DNA of 64,000 bases from Nitrososphaeria archaeon (GTDB lineage Archaea; Thermoproteota; Nitrososphaeria; Nitrososphaerales; JACAEJ01), in assembly GCA_029775925.1 (NCBI GenBank), contig JARVKB010000012.1, forward strand, positions 3,577-67,576, read 5' to 3'. Below are positions 9,427 through 18,758 of the stretch, piece by piece; the stretch's first letter is position 1, and every line of letters starts with the position of its first letter. The notes beneath the pieces were generated by a model that saw only the letters and a program-made list of their open reading frames with translations, ran no database searches and was not told the origin of the DNA. The position numbers and the translations under genes are program-made.

Positions 9427-10062
9427 TTAATAAAATGGCATATTAATTTTTTGATGAGTTCTGATGATCCTAGTTGGAGTTATGATTATATCAACTCTTC
9501 TATCATATTCTTCTCTCGGCACAAAGTCAACTATTTGCATATCATGAACTGTAGTGGCTACGGTAATTTTTCTTTTTGCTATACTTTCAGCTAAAGATAT
9601 TTCTCTATCCCCAAAGCCTTTTCCTTTGCCTAATCTATATCCTTCTAAATCTACAGCTACAGAACCTTCAACTATTAAATCGAGAATTGGAGGGGCATCG
9701 ATCAATTCCCCATACTTAAAAGCTCCTTTTATTGTGCTAGCCTCTTTCTCTTTACCTTTAACTTTATCAGGCCTTATCATCAAATAACCAGATCTTAAGC
9801 CGGGAGTAGGCACCACCAATATTTTACCATCTAATAAAGAAAACTGCCTTACAGGTGTTTGAGGAGAGTCTGGACTTACCATTATAGAAAAAGCATCTTT
9901 ATACTCATTAATGCTTCGAAGTTTTAGTGCTGCTAATTCGGCACCCTTAAAGTTCGGTATGCGCCCAAAACACGGTAAAGGGAAAGTTGCTATGCCTTTT
10001 CTCTCCATTTCTAACCAAATCCTTTCTCGAATCTCTTGCTTTTTAATTAAAATATCATTCAT
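9427..10062 (-). CDS. 5-formyltetrahydrofolate cyclo-ligase family protein
   Basis: 211 aa. KQEIRERIW... N-terminus, VVPTP..., GYRLGKGKGFGDRE motif typical of the COG0212 family. Stop lies 6 nt before the HAD gene start. Confidence 0.6.
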   Translation of the reverse strand: MNDILIKKQEIRERIWLEMERKGIATFPLPCFGRIPNFKGAELAALKLRSINEYKDAFSIMVSPDSPQTPVRQFSLLDGKILVVPTPGLRSGYLMIRPDKVKGKEKEASTIKGAFKYGELIDAPPILDLIVEGSVAVDLEGYRLGKGKGFGDREISLAESIAKRKITVATTVHDMQIVDFVPREEYDRRVDIIITPTRIIRTHQKINMPFY

Positions 10063-10110
10063 CTATTTACTATCCCTTGCATGAATAAAATTGAATAATT
10101 TAGATTTTTA

Positions 10111-10758
10111 TTACAATAAAAAGGTCTCTAACCCTGACTTTATAAAAAGGATACTAAAGAAGATAAGAACGATCCCACAGAATATCAGAATAATCCTGTA
10201 AACCCTCTCATTTATGAATTTCTTACCTCGAGCCATAGCAAAGGAGATTGAACCATACCAACTCAGATCGGCTAATATATGGCCAAAGTAAAATGCTATT
10301 ACACCAAAAATACCAAATTCAAGAGATTTAAATAGAAAACTTGCACCAACAAATACCCACCACACAAGCCAGAACGGATTAGATAAGCTCGTGATCATCC
10401 CTAATGCCATAGAGTTCATTTTTTGAATATTTGATTTTACGTCAAAGCTTAAAGAAAGCTTTCTATTTAGAGTATACTTTAATATACTATATGCCATCCA
10501 AGATAGGAAAACTCCTCCTAAAAGACCAATAAGCCCTACTATAGGCTTTAAGGATAAAATTTCATTCAATCCAAGGATAAGAAATATCACTAAAATAAGT
10601 TCAAGCACTGCATGACCTAAAGATACATAAAAGCCAGACTTTGATCCTTTGTTTACAGATTCATTTATGGTAACGATTAATACTGGCCCTGGCATCAATG
10701 CTCCTGAATAACCTATAATTAAAGAGAAGAAGAATAAGCTAAAGACTTCTAAGAGCAT
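10111..10758 (-). CDS. LysE/RhtB-family amino-acid exporter
   Basis: 215 aa, about 6 TM segments, N-terminal GALMPGPVLIVTI motif typical of LysE translocators. Confidence 0.65.
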   Translation of the reverse strand: MLLEVFSLFFFSLIIGYSGALMPGPVLIVTINESVNKGSKSGFYVSLGHAVLELILVIFLILGLNEILSLKPIVGLIGLLGGVFLSWMAYSILKYTLNRKLSLSFDVKSNIQKMNSMALGMITSLSNPFWLVWWVFVGASFLFKSLEFGIFGVIAFYFGHILADLSWYGSISFAMARGKKFINERVYRIILIFCGIVLIFFSILFIKSGLETFLL

Positions 10759-10832
10759 AATATTTTATAGAATTAGATTGCCTTAAACTTTTAGCTTTTA
10801 ATTATATAAAGAAAATCCTTGCTTCGATCTTT

Positions 10833-12557
10833 TTATTCCCAATACCCAACTCCCAAGCATTTTGCAAGTCTAATTACATTCTTCTCATCTTCCTCGTTTA
10901 ATCTTCTAGACTGGAATTTTTCACTAAAATAAATGTAATCTGCAATACTGTGTTTATCTCCTATCTTTGAAAAGATCAACTTTGGGTGCTCAAGATCTTT
11001 ACTATATGCCGCATTCGTCAAAACTATGGCTTGATCTATTCTTCCATATTCTACCATTTCTAAAGTATCCTCGATATCCTGTTTTGTTAAGCATTCTTTT
11101 TCTGTTATCTTAACATTCACAACAACTTTTCTACCATCTTTTTCCTCTAGATACAGATCTGCTAAACGGAAACTTTTCGAACCTCCTGGCGTGTCTATTC
11201 TCCTTGAAGCACCATGGGCATAGAATATGGCCCCTCTCATGAACAAATATTTACCTAGATCTCTTATAGCTCTTGTTAGATTATATGCAATTTCTTCATA
11301 AGTCTTTGTACTAGTTTTTATTATCCTAAAGTAATCAGGAATGGGTATGTGCATTAAACTATCCCTTAACTCTGCATTAGGTCTGATTCTGATTATAGCT
11401 TCTATGAGATGGTCTTCTCTTATTCTCTCATTACCTTTAGCAATCTCAAATACTTCTCGCATCAAAGCAAGAATATCTCTAAGCTTATTCATTCCGAATT
11501 CGCTAAAAGCGTACTTTATTATGCTCTTTAAAGATTCACCGTCTTCCTCACCAATCAATGCACCATGGAAAATCAAATACTCCTTTACGATGTCCCAAAT
11601 TTCTTCAGGATCTTCTGGCTGAGCTAGAAAATATATGAATGGTGCTTTTTGAAGCCGATCGGCAAGGGAAGGATCTGCGTTGCTTATCTCTTCCATTACT
11701 TCAGATCTTAGAATTGTAACTAGAATAACTCCAGGAAGCTTCTCGTTTATTATAGCTTTTAATCCATCCATCAAATTTTTGTTAGCTGATATCTCATCTA
11801 TTTCTATCAGTAAAACCTTGCCTAGATTACATAAAACTTCAGCGAGACTCTTTAGTTTTCCCAGAGCTTCGCTAAAATCCTTAACCTCTAAGAACCAGTT
11901 TAAATTCCCTGACAAAATGTTAAGGATTGATTTAAATGCACCACTATTCATATCTGGAAAAGCATCTTTTAAATCATAAGTATCGATGTTTCTTCTTTTC
12001 TCTATTACTTCTTTAGCAATTCTAATAGGTCTTCTACCAAATATCCTATCGATTATGCTAATTTTTAATGCTTTTCTTGCACTCTTATCTCCTTTTTCAG
12101 CTCTTTCCCCTAAATCCAGAACTATATTTTTACGTAATTCATGAAAGAAATCCTCGCCTAATTCTCTCACTATAGTTAAGTATATGTTCTGAAGATCTTT
12201 TGGTTCTATTCTTGTTATATCAATATAAGCACAGTCAAATCCTTCTCTTAAAGTCTTCATATGAAGGGCAAGATGTGTCTTTCCTGTTCCTAAAGGTCCA
12301 ACTATGTTCATTATACTGAAAACCTTTTGTCCTTTAAGTATTGACTCTTTTAACTCATTAACACAAATTAGGATTCTTTCCTTAACCTCCTTCCATCTTC
12401 TACCGCCTAAAACTTTTGCAGCTGTTAAACTTGGGGTAGGTACATGAGAAAATGGATTTATCTTTAACCCATAAGGATATTCTATCATCGATTGAGACAA
12501 TTCAAGATTCTTTTCTTGAAAGAATTCTAATGCATAAAGATCAACAACTTTCAACAA
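10833..12557 (-). CDS. P-loop (AAA/ORC-like) ATPase fused to a C-terminal Mrr-like PD-(D/E)xK nuclease domain
   Basis: 574 aa. Walker A VGPLGTGKTHLALH, Walker B KVLLIEIDEI. The C-terminal ~110 aa read FRLADLYLEEKDGRKVVVNVK...IDQAIVLTNAAYSKD, resembling the Mrr catalytic-core layout (D...(D/E/N)xK...hhhTTxxFS). Confidence 0.5.
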   Translation of the reverse strand: MLKVVDLYALEFFQEKNLELSQSMIEYPYGLKINPFSHVPTPSLTAAKVLGGRRWKEVKERILICVNELKESILKGQKVFSIMNIVGPLGTGKTHLALHMKTLREGFDCAYIDITRIEPKDLQNIYLTIVRELGEDFFHELRKNIVLDLGERAEKGDKSARKALKISIIDRIFGRRPIRIAKEVIEKRRNIDTYDLKDAFPDMNSGAFKSILNILSGNLNWFLEVKDFSEALGKLKSLAEVLCNLGKVLLIEIDEISANKNLMDGLKAIINEKLPGVILVTILRSEVMEEISNADPSLADRLQKAPFIYFLAQPEDPEEIWDIVKEYLIFHGALIGEEDGESLKSIIKYAFSEFGMNKLRDILALMREVFEIAKGNERIREDHLIEAIIRIRPNAELRDSLMHIPIPDYFRIIKTSTKTYEEIAYNLTRAIRDLGKYLFMRGAIFYAHGASRRIDTPGGSKSFRLADLYLEEKDGRKVVVNVKITEKECLTKQDIEDTLEMVEYGRIDQAIVLTNAAYSKDLEHPKLIFSKIGDKHSIADYIYFSEKFQSRRLNEEDEKNVIRLAKCLGVGYWE

Positions 12558-12624
12558 TTAGGTTAAAATACTCATCATAAATTCTTATTAACAAATCCCA
12601 TACAAGATCTAGAAGGTAAATCGC

Positions 12625-13035
12625 TTGGAAGAAATAAATAAAGAAGATGGATTCTTGATATGTAGTGGCATCTTGATTATTGTTGCATCATCTCTCGGTC
12701 TCATCATGGGGATTAATTTACCCTACGTTTGGTTCAATGATTTTCTTTACGATCTTTATTATCTTTTTCCCAGATGGCTATCCATAATTGGCTTCGCCTT
12801 TGGGATAACCTCGGGAGTCCTAATGATAAAAAAGAGATCCTTCGCTTTAGCATTATCCGGTGCAATCGTATTATTAATATTAGGTATTTTACCTCTTCTA
12901 TGGGGCTTTGTTTATCCTATAGAGTTTCTAAGATTTTCATGGGTTATGACATTTTATAACTATGGAATTCCTATCATCATCTTATCTGTTTTGAGTATTG
13001 CATTTGCCGTAGCTTCAAGGAAGAGTTTTTCATAA
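12625..13035 (+). CDS. Small integral membrane protein (about 4 TM), unknown function
   Basis: 136 aa, four hydrophobic stretches, TTG start. No recognisable family. Confidence 0.45.
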   Translation: MEEINKEDGFLICSGILIIVASSLGLIMGINLPYVWFNDFLYDLYYLFPRWLSIIGFAFGITSGVLMIKKRSFALALSGAIVLLILGILPLLWGFVYPIEFLRFSWVMTFYNYGIPIIILSVLSIAFAVASRKSFS

Positions 13036-13166
13036 TCTAACTGCATATTTAGATTCATTATAAAACGTAAAATTATTGATAAATGTTAGAGTGCTCGATC
13101 CAAGAATTGAGAAGGAATGGTACAATTTTGTGGAGAGAAATTATGAATTAAAAATGATAAAATTGT

Positions 13167-14018
13167 TTAATTTTTGTTTATTAATAAGTCTAAAACTACT
13201 TGATTCCACCTTGGACCTACTTCCCTAACTATTCTTGCGTCTAATATTTTATAGTTTAATTTCAATTTCTTATCTATTTCACTTGCAGCTTTTTCTATCG
13301 GATCTTCATCTTTAGAGGCATGAACGTGTGTGTAGTAGTGGATGACGCCTTTCGACTTCAAAGCTAATAAAGCAGCATCGATATAATCGATAGCCTTCTC
13401 TGGTAGTGGCATTAAAACCCTATCACAGAATCCTTTAAGAGAATTTTCGATGATTGCTTTTGCATCTCCTAAAAAAGGGATTACCCTATCATAAACCTTG
13501 TTCAGTTTTATGTTTTCTAGCATTAAATCATAAGCATTTGGGTTGATGTCTATGCTATAGACTATAGAATTTGGTTGGTACTTTGCTATTAATATTGAAA
13601 AGGAACCTATGCCAGCAAACATATTCGCTACAACCTCTCCGCTCTTTACAATTTTTGCTATTCTGATCCTTTCTGTTGATAGCCTTGGAGAAAAGTAGAC
13701 TTTTGCAAGATCGACCTTGAATATGCACCCATACTCCTTATATAATGTTAGTGTTTTTCTCTCTCCTAATATGTGCTCTAATTCTCTTGTTCTGTAATCT
13801 CCTGATACAGGGGTAACTTGCCTTAAAACTGTCTTCACTGTTTTTATATTGTCCATTATCGCTTTGGCTATTATGAACTTCTTATCCAAAAGAGAATCGG
13901 GAATCTTAATTACAGCTATATCTCCAATTAAATCAAAGCTCCCATAAAGTTGCCTAATTTCATCGATTGTTAAAACATTTTCTAAAGCCCTCTTTAGCAT
14001 CTTTGTCAATTTTAACAC
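13167..14018 (-). CDS. trm5: tRNA (guanine37-N1)-methyltransferase Trm5/Taw22 family (Met-10+ like)
   Basis: 283 aa. FDLIGDIAVIKIP, VYFSPRLSTER, SAM motif VVANMFAGIGSFSILIAK, YSIDINP, RVLMPLP. Confidence 0.7.
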   Translation of the reverse strand: MLKLTKMLKRALENVLTIDEIRQLYGSFDLIGDIAVIKIPDSLLDKKFIIAKAIMDNIKTVKTVLRQVTPVSGDYRTRELEHILGERKTLTLYKEYGCIFKVDLAKVYFSPRLSTERIRIAKIVKSGEVVANMFAGIGSFSILIAKYQPNSIVYSIDINPNAYDLMLENIKLNKVYDRVIPFLGDAKAIIENSLKGFCDRVLMPLPEKAIDYIDAALLALKSKGVIHYYTHVHASKDEDPIEKAASEIDKKLKLNYKILDARIVREVGPRWNQVVLDLLINKN

Positions 14019-14210
14019 TTAAACAGAACTTTTCCTCTTCAGGTAATTCAGTTTTATGCTCAAACAATAAGGCAAACTAATGAATTATAATTAATCCTAT
14101 TTATCATCCCTATTTATAAAGAAATTGATAACTTTAATAATCGTCAGAGCATAAAAGCGAAAGAATCTTGATAGAAAATCTTAAATATAGAATAAAGAAA
14201 TTTACGTTAA

Positions 14211-14957
14211 ATGAAAAACAGAAGCAAAGGAATCGCTCTTGTAATAATAGCATTAATCCTTGTCGCAGTAATAGTCGTTGCAGGCGTTGTTGTTTACTTC
14301 GTTGTCTTTGCACCAAAACCTGGAGAGGGTCCAGGTCCGGGACCAGGACCAGGATTCCAAATAACCGAGATAGAAGATTACGGAGATTTAGTTAATATTG
14401 TATCTCATATAAAATATAAATTCATATCATATGTTGAAGGTGAAACAAGTGTCACGACTATTACTTTTGATGACTTAGGTGATGATTTAGTGAATGGATA
14501 CGCCTGTAGAAAGTTAGGCATATTAATAGATTCTGATGGATATGTTCAAGAGATAACCGCTTGGGTCCTAAAATCTGACTGGACGACTTTAAAGAAGCTA
14601 GTATTTAACGGTCAAATCGTCCCGGAGGAAGAATTGCCTCTCTACAATTATATAGAGAGTTTCGTATTATGGCCTTTCATTACTTTTCATACTTGGGGTA
14701 TATATTGGGTGCAAATCCCTCCAGCAATAGGCACTTTAACATATATGGGTTCAGAAGGTAAAGTTTACGGTGCCACTGCTTTAACTGTTAATAAATGGCA
14801 TTTTATACCAAACCCTACTTACGAACCATTAGAAGATATAAACGAGATAGACGTTTGGCAAGGCCAAACAGGTAATTATTATATATTAACATACTTCAAA
14901 GTAATGTATAAAGACTCTTCTTACATCATCTTTGAACTTCTCGAGCTTACACTTTAA
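14211..14957 (+). CDS. Membrane-anchored extracellular protein of unknown function
   Basis: 248 aa. N-terminal signal anchor GIALVIIALILVAVIVVAGVVVYFVVF followed by the Pro/Gly linker PKPGEGPGPGPGPG, then a globular domain. No family recognised. Confidence 0.5.
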   Translation: MKNRSKGIALVIIALILVAVIVVAGVVVYFVVFAPKPGEGPGPGPGPGFQITEIEDYGDLVNIVSHIKYKFISYVEGETSVTTITFDDLGDDLVNGYACRKLGILIDSDGYVQEITAWVLKSDWTTLKKLVFNGQIVPEEELPLYNYIESFVLWPFITFHTWGIYWVQIPPAIGTLTYMGSEGKVYGATALTVNKWHFIPNPTYEPLEDINEIDVWQGQTGNYYILTYFKVMYKDSSYIIFELLELTL

Positions 14958-14975
14958 AGGCCATCACTTTTTATC

Positions 14976-15875
14976 ATGGAACGTATAATTATGAGGAATA
15001 GATGGATATTTACAATTATTCTAACTATAATCCTTTCAATACAGACTCCTGTCACACAAACTCAAATCCAACCTTCAATAGATCTTCAAGGCTATACCTG
15101 GGATCACACAAATATCACTATATTGATAGTTCCTCAGAACCAGCATTCCTGGTGGAATCCGTCATATCTTAACGCTACTATTCATGCTATAAATATGTGG
15201 AATAATGCAATACTTAATTTTTCATCATCTTATGATTCCCAATTTTTTTATTTATCACAGATCAGAATGGTTTATTCTATAAGTCAAACATTTGAACATG
15301 GTTTTGACATATACATAACTTGGCAAGAAGAGCATACTGATAAGAATACCATCGGCACTTCTCAACCTCTTATTCAACTACCATGCGTAATAATAAATAA
15401 TACAATAATTTTAGGGACCAAAACCAAAACGTACGTTCTAAACGAAGTGGATATGCAAAACGTAGTTCTTCATGAATTAGGTCATGCGTTAGGATTAGGT
15501 CATAGTAATTATGCTAATGATATAATGTATCCAAAGTATTCTCCAAAAGGAAATGTAACCGCCCTTTCTACATTAGATCTTTATGGAGTAGCTGTAGTTT
15601 TTGAATGGCTTTCTCGTTATCCTCAAATGCCAAACATATGTCCATCAAAAACTTCGCTTGTTTTACCATCCTATATTCGCTATGAATATTTGCCCATAGC
15701 GTATGATGATTTGCCTCCTCAAACCTCTCCTTCATATAAAACTGCTATAAATTTCATTCTCGATATTTTTAACTCACTTTATGCAATCCTTTTATTGGTC
15801 ATATTGCTGGTCCTCTTGGCTATAATTATTAAAAAATTACAAACAAATGAAACAACACTAAAGATGATCTCATAA
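14976..15875 (+). CDS. Matrixin-like (metzincin, M10-type) zinc metalloprotease with C-terminal TM anchor
   Basis: 299 aa. N-terminal signal-like segment, HELGHALGLGHS (HExxHxxGxxH) followed by a Met-turn candidate DIMYP. C-terminal hydrophobic anchor LYAILLLVILLVLLAIII. Confidence 0.8.
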   Translation: MERIIMRNRWIFTIILTIILSIQTPVTQTQIQPSIDLQGYTWDHTNITILIVPQNQHSWWNPSYLNATIHAINMWNNAILNFSSSYDSQFFYLSQIRMVYSISQTFEHGFDIYITWQEEHTDKNTIGTSQPLIQLPCVIINNTIILGTKTKTYVLNEVDMQNVVLHELGHALGLGHSNYANDIMYPKYSPKGNVTALSTLDLYGVAVVFEWLSRYPQMPNICPSKTSLVLPSYIRYEYLPIAYDDLPPQTSPSYKTAINFILDIFNSLYAILLLVILLVLLAIIIKKLQTNETTLKMIS

Positions 15876-15969
15876 TAATCAGAATTTTTAGTGAGGTCTT
15901 TATAAGATCTTTAATTTAAGTAAGTTAAACACATATATAGCCCCGGCTAAAATAATAATCCGAGAAAAG

Positions 15970-16110
15970 ATGGCCAAGTTTAAATGCTTGATCTGTGGAG
16001 AAATATTTGATACGGATGCAGAAGAAGGAAAGCTTCATATGCAGACGAAACATGAGATGGGCTTGTTTGAAGCTATGTGGTTACAAAAAGTTGAGAGAGT
16101 GAAAGAATAG
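15970..16110 (+). CDS. Small C2H2-type zinc-finger protein (46 aa)
   Basis: Below the track cutoff. MAKFKCLICGEIFDTDAEEGKLHMQTKHEMGLFEAMWLQKVERVKE* has C-x2-C-x13-H-x4-H spacing. It sits in an otherwise empty 600-bp gap. Confidence 0.45.
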   Translation: MAKFKCLICGEIFDTDAEEGKLHMQTKHEMGLFEAMWLQKVERVKE

Positions 16111-16478
16111 ATACATCATTTCTCCATATTTTTTTATGGCAATAAGATAAATTAAACGTAAAAATGATGCAAAAGTAAAATATTAAGAGTAAATTTAACA
16201 TATACGAAATTTTCCATCGAGCTGTTAAAAAATATGTATTTCACATTACTAGAGAATCCTATTTATCTTTCCAGATAATGGGAATGTAGAATTAAAAGAA
16301 TTTTTAATTGATTTTAAACAAAAAGTTAGAAAAGGCATTAATTATTGGTAAATGAACACTCGATATTTGAATTTTTGATATTAAGGTAGGGATAAAATTC
16401 ACGTCTGTAATTTTTATGTTAAATTAAGAAATCATTAAATCACAACTTATAAAACTTTGATTATAGTTATGAATATCG

Positions 16479-17240
16479 ATGGAATTAAAAGACTGGTATC
16501 CTTGGTATAATAAGATTGCTTCGGCTTTTAATTTTAATAGTTATGAGGATCAAAGAGCTGCAGATATTTTAAGTGAATTAATTCAAAACAATTACATAGA
16601 ACCATGTGTTATTAAGTCCTTTATCCAAAACAAGCCAGTATTAGTGTTTGGTGCAGGTCCTTCCTTGGAAGAAGATGTGAATAGAATAGAAAATGTTGGA
16701 TTGTTCGATAAATCAATCACAATAGCAGCAGATGGTGCAACATCGGCACTTCTCGAGATAGTGAATAAGGCTCCTAACATAATAGTAACAGACCTTGATG
16801 GTAGATTCGAAGATTTACTATCAGCAAATAAAAAAGGTTCATTAATGGTAGTTCATGCTCATGGTGATAATATACCACAAATTTTAAATTACGTTCCAAA
16901 ATTAACTAAAATTTTAGGTACAACTCAAGTAGAGCCAAGACCAAGAGTGTACAACTTTGGAGGGTTTACAGATGGTGATAGAGCCGTCTTTCTTGCTGTA
17001 GAGATGGGTGCTAAAATGATTTCATTGGTTGGGATGGATTTAGGTAGAATCATAGGAAAGTATTCTAAACAATATGTAAAATCTAAAAAGAGGAAGCTAC
17101 TTAAACTGAAGTTTTGTAAAAAATTATTAGAATGGTTAGCTTTAAGAACTAAAATCAATCTTTATAATCTTACAAGTCACGGAGAAAGAATTAATGGCTT
17201 TAAAGAAGTAACTCCAGAATACATTGCAAAAATTTCTTAG
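16479..17240 (+). CDS. mptE: 6-hydroxymethyl-7,8-dihydropterin pyrophosphokinase, archaeal MptE type (DUF115)
   Basis: 253 aa. VLVFGAGPSL, AADGATSALLE, IIVTDLDG, VVHAHGDN, which is the MptE/DUF115 motif order. Confidence 0.65.
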   Translation: MELKDWYPWYNKIASAFNFNSYEDQRAADILSELIQNNYIEPCVIKSFIQNKPVLVFGAGPSLEEDVNRIENVGLFDKSITIAADGATSALLEIVNKAPNIIVTDLDGRFEDLLSANKKGSLMVVHAHGDNIPQILNYVPKLTKILGTTQVEPRPRVYNFGGFTDGDRAVFLAVEMGAKMISLVGMDLGRIIGKYSKQYVKSKKRKLLKLKFCKKLLEWLALRTKINLYNLTSHGERINGFKEVTPEYIAKIS

Positions 17241-17245
17241 ATTAT

Positions 17246-18616
17246 TTATCTCACTTTGCCTCTTATGAGTGATGCGAATATACCTATAAAACAAAGAAAG
17301 GAGAATATAATGAATGCTGCTTTAATACTCATCAAAAAAAGTAAATAATACTCAGGAGTAATTTGAACTCTTCCAATGTATATTGCAAATATTAGCATAG
17401 CGATACCTATGCTGAGATTTTGACCAATCAATCTCATCGTTCCAAGCATTGCAGAAGCTACCCCATAAAACTTTTTTTCAACAGAACTCATAACTGCGTT
17501 CGTATTGGGAGATGAGAAAAGGGCAAAACCAAAACCAAGAAGAATCAAACCAGATGTGATGAATTCAATTGTTGTCTTCTCATTCAAGAAAGTAAGAAGG
17601 GAAAGTCCGATTGTTGTTAAAGCCATTCCTATAGATGCTACTATTCTAGGTTCAATTCTATCAGATAGCCAACCAGCAAAGGGTGAAAAAATAGCCTGTA
17701 TAACAGGTTGAGATACTAAAATTAGACCTGTACTTTGAGGAGTTAGCTCCTTTATGTACTGTAAGTAAAGGCTTAAAAGAAAACCTACGGCAAATGTTGC
17801 ACTATAATTTATCAAAGCAGCTATGCTAGAAAAAGCAAATACCCTACTATTTTTGAATAGATTTATGTTTAAGACTGGACTTCTCAATTTCATCTCTCGT
17901 TTTACGAATACTAAAATTCCCAAAACGCCAAAAAGAATCAACCATGCACCTAATGTAGCTGGTAAAAGAGAAAGACCGTAAATTATTGCTATTAGAGTTA
18001 TACCATAGATTATTGAGCCAAGAAAGTCGAACTTCTCCCCTTTTGCCTCAGCCCATTCTCCCTTTAATTTCCAGAAGCTAAGAATAATTATAATTGAGCC
18101 TAATGGCACATTCACAAGAAATATACTTCTCCAACCAAAATTTTGAGTAAGAAAACCACCTAAAAAGGGTCCTAAAGAAAGTCCAAGATAAACTGCAGTA
18201 ACATTTATTCCTAAAGCCTTTCCTCTTTCACTAAAAGGAAATATTGAGGTAAGAATAGCTACGCCAGTACCAAGTATCATCGCACTTCCAATTCCCTCTA
18301 AAAATCGAAAGAAAATCAGAGCGATGATATTGGGAGAAACTGTCAAGAGAAGGCATGAGATAGTATAAATCGATATTCCATATAAAAAAATCCTCTTCCT
18401 TCCATATATGTCTGCTATTCTTCCTAAGGGAAGAAGGAATATTGCTGTAGCTAAAAGATATGAGGCAGTAACCCAACCTAATAAGATTGCATCCGTGGCA
18501 AATTCCTTCCCAATCAGGGGAAGAGCAATATTAATAGAAGATATCATGAAAGGTGCAAGAAAAGAGGCTAAAGTAGTAACAAGTAATCCAACTCTTTTGT
18601 TCACAGTATTGTGCAT
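17246..18616 (-). CDS. MFS transporter (DHA2/EmrB-like, 14 TM)
   Basis: 456 aa, polytopic, MFS motif A GRIADIYGRKRIF. Confidence 0.8.
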   Translation of the reverse strand: MHNTVNKRVGLLVTTLASFLAPFMISSINIALPLIGKEFATDAILLGWVTASYLLATAIFLLPLGRIADIYGRKRIFLYGISIYTISCLLLTVSPNIIALIFFRFLEGIGSAMILGTGVAILTSIFPFSERGKALGINVTAVYLGLSLGPFLGGFLTQNFGWRSIFLVNVPLGSIIIILSFWKLKGEWAEAKGEKFDFLGSIIYGITLIAIIYGLSLLPATLGAWLILFGVLGILVFVKREMKLRSPVLNINLFKNSRVFAFSSIAALINYSATFAVGFLLSLYLQYIKELTPQSTGLILVSQPVIQAIFSPFAGWLSDRIEPRIVASIGMALTTIGLSLLTFLNEKTTIEFITSGLILLGFGFALFSSPNTNAVMSSVEKKFYGVASAMLGTMRLIGQNLSIGIAMLIFAIYIGRVQITPEYYLLFLMSIKAAFIIFSFLCFIGIFASLIRGKVR

Positions 18617-18758
18617 AATGATCGCTATTTAATTGAAAAAGTTTTGTGTAAAGTGAGATTTAAAAATATAATGAAGTGCAGATCAAATCCTTAGAGGCTT
18701 TAGAAGCTTTATAGGGCTTAGAATTAATCTAATAAGGTAGCATAAAAAGGGAGATTTA

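Noticed and set aside
14134-14395. ORFs 14134-14316 (minus) and 14168-14395 (plus) rich in Arg/Cys/Gln
   Set aside because: They overlap the start of the better-supported signal-anchored protein gene (14211-14957) and have implausible low-complexity composition.
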